Source: a virus
Virus record (IMG/VR): IMGVR_UViG_2811995091_000048
Location: 1-26,239 of that record
Strand: one strand, 5' to 3'
Length of the DNA: 26,239 nucleotides
Below are positions 17,990 to 24,945 of this stretch, piece by piece (positions within the stretch are counted from its first letter, which is position 1; every line of letters begins with the position of its first letter). The notes under the pieces are model-generated. The model was given only the letters and a program-made list of their open reading frames with translations, searched no databases and was not told the origin of the DNA. The position numbers and the translations under genes were made by a program.

Positions 17990-18719
17990 GTTACTAACTG
18001 CTGGTGGATTAGGCGATGCGGCTATGTCTCTCGCAAAAATTCACGCAAAACCAGAATTAGTAGGTAATATTAGTGACATAGAAATTACGCATGTTCGGAT
18101 GCGAGATGATTCTTTATACGAAACCATTTCTGAATTTTATTCCTCGCAAGGAATATCAAACAATGTTATTAAATTAGAAATAGATAAAAATCTCCCACAC
18201 GGAAATAGAATTTCCAAAATGATTGAATGGAAAGTAAAGAATAGAAATTCTTTTTTATATTCTCTCGGCACTGGTTGGTATTCTGAAGAAGATCAGGATG
18301 AAGATTGTTGGGAAATAAATCCATTTCCTAATATAAAATATACAAAACGAAAAGATATACAAATAACAATAAATCCATCATCTGGAGGAACCAATGCAGT
18401 TAAGAAAGAATTTACTAATAAGGAAATAAAAAATTTTGTTGAAAAGTATCCAGAATCTATTATAATAGGTAGAGGAAAAAATAAAGAACTGGAGTCTATT
18501 GGCAATTCTTTATACAATAAAACATCAATGAAAGAATTGGTAGATATAATTGCTTCTTCTCAAATTGTTATTAGCCCAGAAGGGTTTGTCGCTTATTTCG
18601 GAGCAATGTGCGGGAAGAAAGTTTTGGTCAAGAATCAAAATTTACCTGCTATTAAGAAAAGAAGACACCCAGATTGGGATTTCTCTCTCATAGATTCAAT
18701 GGATAATATTTCAATATGA
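17982..18719 (+). CDS. GT9-like (heptosyltransferase-fold) glycosyltransferase
   Basis: GGLGD at N-terminus; SMKELVDIIASSQIVISPEGFVAYFGAMCGK matches the GT9 C-terminal pattern; GGAGGA RBS. Confidence 0.6.
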   Translation: MIKLLTAGGLGDAAMSLAKIHAKPELVGNISDIEITHVRMRDDSLYETISEFYSSQGISNNVIKLEIDKNLPHGNRISKMIEWKVKNRNSFLYSLGTGWYSEEDQDEDCWEINPFPNIKYTKRKDIQITINPSSGGTNAVKKEFTNKEIKNFVEKYPESIIIGRGKNKELESIGNSLYNKTSMKELVDIIASSQIVISPEGFVAYFGAMCGKKVLVKNQNLPAIKKRRHPDWDFSLIDSMDNISI

Positions 18720-18730
18720 GGTGACGGAGT

Positions 18731-19294
18731 ATGAATACTGAAGAGGTTACATCAAAGAAGTGGATGGATGGAGGTGCATACACACATCAAGAACATGTGT
18801 ATATGTCACATTTGGATAACCATCCCCACATTATGTCTTTGCTACGGAATGGTTTTGTTTTAGAAATCGGTCCCGGAACTGGTAAGTATGCTGAGATGTT
18901 GATTGATAAATTTAATCCACGGCAGTATACCATACTAGATTTAGCAAAAAATATAGGTGATTCTATGAAAAGGCTGTCCGGTCATAAATCAACAGAGTTA
19001 AGTTTTGTACACGCAGAAAATTATGTTGATTTGTTCGGGCTAAACTTTGATGTGTTAGTGTCTAATGTTGTCATCCCCGAAACGCCAAAAAAATATAGGG
19101 AAAATCTTCTTACCAATGTCATACCTAGTTGTAAAGCAAGTATGATCATATGTCAAATAAAAGAAGAGGACAGTGAAGGAAATGAACCAATGGAACTATT
19201 TTTCAGTGAGTTATACAACAAAGTTTATAATAAAGTAATTTTTGAACAGACTAGTTATAGAAATTGCTATTGCATGATTGGATACAATGAATAA
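18731..19294 (+). CDS. class I SAM-dependent methyltransferase (possible sugar O-methyltransferase)
   Basis: VLEIGPGTG motif I, YTILDL motif II, FDVLVSN. Confidence 0.75.
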   Translation: MNTEEVTSKKWMDGGAYTHQEHVYMSHLDNHPHIMSLLRNGFVLEIGPGTGKYAEMLIDKFNPRQYTILDLAKNIGDSMKRLSGHKSTELSFVHAENYVDLFGLNFDVLVSNVVIPETPKKYRENLLTNVIPSCKASMIICQIKEEDSEGNEPMELFFSELYNKVYNKVIFEQTSYRNCYCMIGYNE

Positions 19295-20144
19295 CTTTGG
19301 ACTTTTCTTAACTGGATATAAGGGTCTTTGTTTTCTACAGCGGATAACATATGTTCCTAGTTTTGTTGTCACTTGTGACAACCAAGAGGGTTCTGATTGT
19401 TATGAAAAAATAATAAATTTCTGCACAGAAAATAACATTAAATGTTATGAACACAAAAAATTCGATGATGTTTTGGATTCAGTGGAAATGGTTTTTGTTG
19501 TTGGATGGCAGTTTTTAATTAAACAAAACTTAGATAAATTTATTGTTTTTCATGATTCGTATCTACCAGAAAGAAAAGGTTTTTGTCCTGTAGTTTCTTC
19601 GTTGCTAGATGAATCTGATTATGTTGGAGCATCTTGCTTTCACCCAACACAAGAACTCGACTCTGGATCTTTACTTTTCAGAAGAAAAAAGAAGATAAAA
19701 TATCCAATAAAAATTAAAGATGCTTTTGATTATGTTGTGGAAATGTATGTTGAAATGTTTTACAATATTATAAATGACAATTCAACAAAACCAATAAGTA
19801 TTGGGGATGATAAATTATCATATACTGTTTGGAGAGATGAAGAAGATTTTAGAATTAATTGGGAAAAAACATCGTCACATATCAAACAAAAAATATATTC
19901 TTTGGGATATCCATATAGAGGATCGACTTCTTTATATGATGGTAATTTAATATACATTCAGGATGCAGAAATTGTTCCAGAATTAAATATTTGTAATAGA
20001 GAAGATCATATTGGTAAAATTTGGGAAGTAGAAGATAATAATCCAATTATTATTTGTGGACAAGGAATGTTGAAAATATTAAAAGCAAACGAGTCAAACG
20101 GTGATGATGTAGTTTTCAATAAAATAAGAAAGAGATTCAAATGA
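19287..20144 (+). CDS. formyltransferase (FMT/ArnA-like, probable sugar N-formyltransferase)
   Basis: VGWQFLI, FHDSYLPERKG (HxSxLP), ELDSG, and formyl_trans_C-like INWEKTSSHIKQKIYSLGYPYRG. ATG 19287 preferred over TTG 19278. Confidence 0.85.
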   Translation: MNNFGLFLTGYKGLCFLQRITYVPSFVVTCDNQEGSDCYEKIINFCTENNIKCYEHKKFDDVLDSVEMVFVVGWQFLIKQNLDKFIVFHDSYLPERKGFCPVVSSLLDESDYVGASCFHPTQELDSGSLLFRRKKKIKYPIKIKDAFDYVVEMYVEMFYNIINDNSTKPISIGDDKLSYTVWRDEEDFRINWEKTSSHIKQKIYSLGYPYRGSTSLYDGNLIYIQDAEIVPELNICNREDHIGKIWEVEDNNPIIICGQGMLKILKANESNGDDVVFNKIRKRFK

Positions 20145-20842
20145 ATAAGTTGGCAGTGGTAACAAGATCAGATCCTAATATCGATAATATCTCTAAAGAG
20201 ACACATCCACTTTTAGAAGAGTATGCAAAGAAATGTAACGCAGACTTTATAATCTTGAGTGGTGATCCTCCAGTATGGACACATGATCACAGACCTCATT
20301 ATAGAATTATGGAAGGTTATAATTTACTACTAGAAGACTATGATCGTTTGTTGTTTCTAGACAGCGACATGATTGTTTTAAGATCTTGTCCAAATTTATT
20401 CGATATTGTTCCAGAAAATAAAATTGGTTCAATTTATGAAGATAAGGGTTCCAGAAAAGATGATAGACTTTCTAGAATAAAAAAAATACAAAGTCAATGG
20501 GGAGATGTTGGGTGGAGAGAAAAATATACCAATGCTGGAACTTTTTTGGTATCTAAGAAGCATAGAGATATTTTTCTCCCACACGAAGGAAAATATTGGA
20601 TTGATTGGGGATCAGCAGATGTTCATCTATCGTACATGATTCATAAAAATAATTTTGAAGTGCATGAACTACCATTTCATTACAATCATATGACTATGTT
20701 TTCCGAGTCATGGAATGGGAATGCAAATAGATTTGATTCTTATATAATACATTATGGTGGTGCGGGGATTTTTGATCCCGGTATACATAATAGAGAACAG
20801 CAGATTAGACATGATAAACAAAAGTTATTTGAATCTATTTAA
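20141..20842 (+). CDS. GT-A glycosyltransferase (GT8/GT34-like)
   Basis: EYAKKCNADF, YDRLLFLDSD (DxD)...PNLFD, NAGTFLVS, YNHM, YIIHYGG; ATGA-coupled. Confidence 0.7.
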   Translation: MNKLAVVTRSDPNIDNISKETHPLLEEYAKKCNADFIILSGDPPVWTHDHRPHYRIMEGYNLLLEDYDRLLFLDSDMIVLRSCPNLFDIVPENKIGSIYEDKGSRKDDRLSRIKKIQSQWGDVGWREKYTNAGTFLVSKKHRDIFLPHEGKYWIDWGSADVHLSYMIHKNNFEVHELPFHYNHMTMFSESWNGNANRFDSYIIHYGGAGIFDPGIHNREQQIRHDKQKLFESI

Positions 20843-20860
20843 AATGAATTGAGAATTGTG

Positions 20861-21340
20861 ATGAACTTAAATAAAAAAAAACCAGTTGCATTAATATCCC
20901 CAGTCATAGGCGAATTTGGATTTACTGTTTTTGACATTCAACAACGAGTCAGGGCATTTTTTAGAAAGTATCCAGATCATCATAAGGTTGTTATTGCATA
21001 TCCCTCTCTTCACGAACTTTTTGAATTAGCAGATGAGATGATCGAACCCAATTTATCAATGGATTATTTACCCTGCGGTAGAGGTGCAGATCTTCAATAT
21101 CATAATTCTGATTTCTATAAAATGATACACGAACATAGTTTGACTAAATATGATCCTGATGTTTATTTCAAGATAGAATATGAAAATATGATTGAAAGAG
21201 GAAGTGGACAAGGATACGATTTGCGATATTGCTTAGACGGGACAAAATTAAAAGAGTTAGGATGGGAAACTACAAAAACTCTAGAAGAACTTTTAGAGAA
21301 AACTGTCAATTGGACGATTAAAAACAAGGAATGGATTTAA
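20861..21340 (+). pseudogene. chimeric ORF: N-terminal half of a GT9-like gene fused in frame to the C-terminal tail of an RmlB-type dehydratase
   Basis: The first ~110 residues align with the N-terminus of ORF 21340 (P.IGEFG..F..Q..VR.FF...KVVIA..SLH.LF...HNS..Y). The last 42 aa (GYDLRYCLDGTKLKELGW...LEKTVNWTIKNKEW) match the RmlB C-terminus. Confidence 0.6.
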
Positions 21341-22182
21341 TGAATACTGCTGTGGTAACGCCAATTATAGGAGAGTTTGGGTGGACTTTATTTGAAGTAC
21401 AAGATAAGGTTCGTTGGTTTTTCAAAAACACAACTTGTGAAAGAAAAGTCGTTATTGCACCACACTCATTACATTTTCTTTTTGACGAAGCAACTCATAT
21501 CATAGAATTACCAGACAATATGAAAAATTCCAATTTACCAGAAGCATTGGGAAAACAATGTCAGCACAATTCTATTTCTTATTATGAAAGTTTGATAAAA
21601 TGGACAGCGGAAACATTTAATCCTAAAGAGATATTAACAATTCCTTATAATATACCATGCAGCGAAAGGTGGGATTGGAAATCTGAACACAAAATGTTCA
21701 AATCATCATGCAGAGAATGGGAACCACATATTTGTGTTTCTGCAAGGGATGTTAAAGAAAGAGGCGAAGGAAAGAATTGGAGTCATAATAAATGGGATGC
21801 TTTGATTAAAAAGGTAAAGAAGAGGTGGAATCTCCCAATTATTTCTATTGGATTGCCTGGGGATACATATGTTCCCAAAGAAGCAGAATTTATAGAATGT
21901 GATACTAACGATTATTTAGAAACTGCTGTTAGTTGTATAAATAGTGCAACATTCTTTTTTTCTAGCAATTCAGGAACAACTCACCTATCTCTTCTTTCTG
22001 GATGTCCTACATTTTCTTGGGGAGATAGCGACAATTTAACAAAAAGAATGGAGAACGAAACCAATCCATTCAACATTGAATGTAAATGTTTGAACACGGG
22101 ATGGGATCCTGATGTAAAAACAATTTTTAACGAATTAAAACTTTGGTATGAGGAAAAAATATGCAAGCAACAATTGGTATAA
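21340..22182 (+). CDS. GT9-like glycosyltransferase
   Basis: KNWSHNKW..LI...ISIG and CINSATFFFSSNSGTTHLSLLSGCP match GT9 motifs; ATG 21340 overlaps the upstream stop (TAATG). Confidence 0.65.
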   Translation: MNTAVVTPIIGEFGWTLFEVQDKVRWFFKNTTCERKVVIAPHSLHFLFDEATHIIELPDNMKNSNLPEALGKQCQHNSISYYESLIKWTAETFNPKEILTIPYNIPCSERWDWKSEHKMFKSSCREWEPHICVSARDVKERGEGKNWSHNKWDALIKKVKKRWNLPIISIGLPGDTYVPKEAEFIECDTNDYLETAVSCINSATFFFSSNSGTTHLSLLSGCPTFSWGDSDNLTKRMENETNPFNIECKCLNTGWDPDVKTIFNELKLWYEEKICKQQLV

Positions 22183-23003
22183 TAGGTAATGGATTTGTCG
22201 GAAATGCGGTGGCTAAAGGATTACAAGATAAAGTAAGTGAAATCAGAATCTATGATATAGATAAAAATAAATCAACTCATAGTTATCTTGAAACTTTAAT
22301 ATCAGATTATATTTTTGTATGTTTACCCACTCCAATGAAGCACGAAGAAGGAGCAGAATGTAATATTTCTACTATTGAAAATTTCTTTGAAGATATTCCT
22401 AGCACAATTGAAGGGATAATTATTATCAAATCAACTGTTCCTATTGGAACGACTAAGAGATTACAAGATAAGTACCCGCATCTTAATATAATACACAATC
22501 CAGAATTTCTCACTGCTGCAAATGCAGAACAAGATTTTATTGAATCAGATAGGCATGTTGTTGGAGGCGATAACGAGATGCTAGTCGAGCAAGTTGAAAG
22601 ATTTTATAAAGCATGTTTTCCCGAAACTCCGGTATATACCATGAAAACAAAAGAATCAGAAGCAGTTAAATATTTTGCTAATAGTTTTCTTGCCACAAAA
22701 GTTATGGTTTTTAACGAAATGAAAATGTTATGTGATAATATTTCAGATATAAATTATGACAGAATCCTTGAAGGTGTTGCATCGGATAGAAGAATTGGAC
22801 ATAGCCACACATATGTTCCTGGTCCAGATGGTAATTATGGATTTGGGGGAACTTGTTTTCCAAAAGATATAAATGCACTCATACATACTATGGAAGAATA
22901 TGAAATAGATCCTTTAGTTTTGAAAGCCGTGTGGGAACAAAATAAAAATATTAGAAAAGAATGGGATTGGGCAGAAAATATTTCTGCGGTGATGGGTGAA
23001 TAA
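22161..23003 (+). CDS. ugd: short UDP-glucose/GDP-mannose 6-dehydrogenase (lacks C-terminal domain)
   Basis: IGNGFVG, VCLPTP, IKSTVP.GTT, NPEFL, KYFANSFLA.KV, GFGGTCFPKD; ends at 280 aa with TAA. Confidence 0.88.
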   Translation: MQATIGIIGNGFVGNAVAKGLQDKVSEIRIYDIDKNKSTHSYLETLISDYIFVCLPTPMKHEEGAECNISTIENFFEDIPSTIEGIIIIKSTVPIGTTKRLQDKYPHLNIIHNPEFLTAANAEQDFIESDRHVVGGDNEMLVEQVERFYKACFPETPVYTMKTKESEAVKYFANSFLATKVMVFNEMKMLCDNISDINYDRILEGVASDRRIGHSHTYVPGPDGNYGFGGTCFPKDINALIHTMEEYEIDPLVLKAVWEQNKNIRKEWDWAENISAVMGE

Positions 23004-23007
23004 TATA

Positions 23008-24348
23008 ATGATGACAAAAACCAAAAAAGTTAAAAAAGTACCAAAACCAACATCTGTAACTCTTTGTATGATAGTTAAGAACGAATCTCATATTATCAAA
23101 GAATGTTTAGAGTCTATGATTCCTTATATTGATCGTTATGATATTACCGATACTGGTTCGACGGACGGAACACCAGAACTTATAAAAGAATTTATGGACG
23201 AATATGGTGTTCCGGGTGAAGTTTATCTTTCTGATTGGAAGGGGTTTGGTGATAGTGCCAAAAATATTGGTTCTCGAACCGAAGCATTAAATAATGCAAA
23301 AGAAAAAGCAGATTATGCGTGGATGATTGATGCAGATGACTTCATGACTGGTAATTTTGAATATCCGTCAGAAATGAAAGAAGATGCATATAGCATTAGG
23401 TTGGGCAGAGAAGATTTTGTTTGGTGGAGAAATCAAATTTTTCGATTAGAATCGAATTGGCATTATGTTGGTATTCTTCATGAATATGCAGCATGTGAAA
23501 AAGAAAATCCTATTGTTGGAAGAATGGGCGGAGAATATAAAGTAACTGCAAGAACTTTGGGTGCTAGAAATGTAGGAATTTCAACGCAAGAAAAATATAA
23601 AAGAGATGCAGAAGAGTTAGAGGACGCACTCTATAATGAAAATTCTCCAAATTATGATCCTAATAATTCAAGATATGTATTTTATCTCGCACAAAGTTAT
23701 TTTGATTCTCAACAATATGAAAAATCATTAGAATCATATGGAAAGCGTGCAGAAATGGGTGGTTGGGAAGAAGAAGTTTATTATTCTTTATATCGTGTTG
23801 CAATGATAACTGCTGTTTTAGATAAACCGTGGGAAGAAATACAACAGGCATTTCTTGATGCGTATGATTCTAGGCCAATTCGTGCAGAACCTTTATATCA
23901 AATAGCAAGATTATACCGTCAGGTTCACAATAAACCAAGATTGGGATACATTTTTGCTAAAATGGCTATGGAAATTCAATATCCTCAACAAGACATTTTG
24001 TTTATCAGCGATGAAGTTTATAAATATCAATTATTGGATGAGATTGGTGCAACAGCATGGGCTGCCGGAAAGCCCCATGTCGGATATGCAGCATGTAAAA
24101 GATTGATTGAAGAAAATCTTGTTCCCGATAATGAACGGGAAAGAATATCCAACAATTTGAAGCAATATGAACAATTACTTTCACAAATGCATTCTGAGCA
24201 AGCACAAAATCATGTTGCTCAAAGAATGGCAGAAAAGACGGCACAAGAAAAAGAAAAGAAGAAAAATAAAGAAAAAAGAAAAAATAGAACAAAAGGAAGC
24301 ACAAAAACATCATCTCCTAAAAACAGAAAGAAGCGAAAGAATAAATAA
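23008..24348 (+). CDS. GT2 glycosyltransferase with TPR repeats and basic tails
   Basis: TLCMIVKNE..II..CL.S...DTGSTDGT, MIDADD, HEY, then TPR-like RYVFYLAQSY, EEVYYSLYRVA, RAEPLYQIARLY; K/R-rich C-terminus. ATG 23008 preferred over GTG 22996. Confidence 0.85.
   Translation: MMTKTKKVKKVPKPTSVTLCMIVKNESHIIKECLESMIPYIDRYDITDTGSTDGTPELIKEFMDEYGVPGEVYLSDWKGFGDSAKNIGSRTEALNNAKEKADYAWMIDADDFMTGNFEYPSEMKEDAYSIRLGREDFVWWRNQIFRLESNWHYVGILHEYAACEKENPIVGRMGGEYKVTARTLGARNVGISTQEKYKRDAEELEDALYNENSPNYDPNNSRYVFYLAQSYFDSQQYEKSLESYGKRAEMGGWEEEVYYSLYRVAMITAVLDKPWEEIQQAFLDAYDSRPIRAEPLYQIARLYRQVHNKPRLGYIFAKMAMEIQYPQQDILFISDEVYKYQLLDEIGATAWAAGKPHVGYAACKRLIEENLVPDNERERISNNLKQYEQLLSQMHSEQAQNHVAQRMAEKTAQEKEKKKNKEKRKNRTKGSTKTSSPKNRKKRKNK
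24341..24347 (+). promoter_or_regulatory. possible late promoter (ATAAATA)
   Basis: Late-promoter core overlapping the GT2 stop, ~20 nt before GGGAGG and ATG 24369 of the first structural-type gene; the motif is frequent by chance in AT-rich DNA. Confidence 0.4.
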
Positions 24349-24368
24349 TAATAAAGGGAGGTTGCAAT

Positions 24369-24818
24369 ATGCCTGCTAGATACGACATAAATGCATACCA
24401 AGGAGATACTTTTACTTTTCATGTTCAGTATCAGGACGAGAATGGTAATGCTATAAGTTTGCCGTCTGATACTTATTCTTCTACTATGCAAGTTAGAAGA
24501 TCTGTAGATGCTACTAATATTCTTTTACATTTAACTTCTAGTCCTTATGGAGCAACTGCGGGATGTACTGCTGGTATTAGTGGTGGGAGTTTTACTGGCG
24601 CAACAGCATATGCCAATTGTACTGGTGGTATCGTTCTGAATAGAACTATAGGAAATACTGGTGGTTTAACAGGAGGGGTCTATGTATTTGCTGGTGCTAC
24701 TGCTATGGGTTATGTCCCTTTTGGGAATCATTTATATGATTTAGAAATAACAGCAACAGGAGAATCTACTCGATTAATTGAAGGAAGATTTGATTGTGTT
24801 GGTGAAATTACGAGATGA
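24369..24818 (+). CDS. phage virion structural protein (Ig-like, BppU-N/baseplate-associated type)
   Basis: QGDTF...D.NG.AI.L...MQVR...L.LT...GGI.L...YDLEI......RLIEG.F....EITR pattern seen in phage structural proteins; strong GGGAGG RBS. Confidence 0.6.
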   Translation: MPARYDINAYQGDTFTFHVQYQDENGNAISLPSDTYSSTMQVRRSVDATNILLHLTSSPYGATAGCTAGISGGSFTGATAYANCTGGIVLNRTIGNTGGLTGGVYVFAGATAMGYVPFGNHLYDLEITATGESTRLIEGRFDCVGEITR

Positions 24819-24943
24819 AAATAAAAATAACTAAAACCAATTTAAAAGCAAAAACTCCAAGAAAATACCGAGTAGGTATGAACACGGTTTTAAGTGTTGT
24901 TGTTAAGAAGAAGCAAGATACTAGAATTATATTTGCAGGATAA
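24815..24943 (+). CDS. small basic protein (42 aa) absent from the supplied ORF track
   Basis: MKIKITKTNLKAKTPRKYRVGMNTVLSVVVKKKQDTRIIFAG*; ATGA overlap with the upstream stop, ends 2 nt before ATG 24946 and exactly fills the gap. Confidence 0.6.
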   Translation: MKIKITKTNLKAKTPRKYRVGMNTVLSVVVKKKQDTRIIFAG

Positions 24944-24945
24944 AT

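Noticed and set aside
20844-20881. Two-codon ORF (ATG AAT TGA) and an A9 tract at the 5' end of the chimeric gene, suggesting a frameshift or phase switch
   Set aside because: An in-frame ATG exists at 20861, and A-runs are common in this genome; this cannot be told from chance without reads.
5715-24348. T4-type DNA hypermodification (hmC glucosylation) as the island's main role
   Set aside because: No dCMP hydroxymethylase, alpha/beta-glucosyltransferase or TET/JBP motifs were recognised, and the GT diversity fits a complex oligosaccharide better. It is not excluded until DNA nucleosides are analysed.
348-24491. Numerous 60-110 aa minus-strand and off-frame ORFs in the track
   Set aside because: All overlap well-supported + strand genes, show no motifs and are expected by chance.
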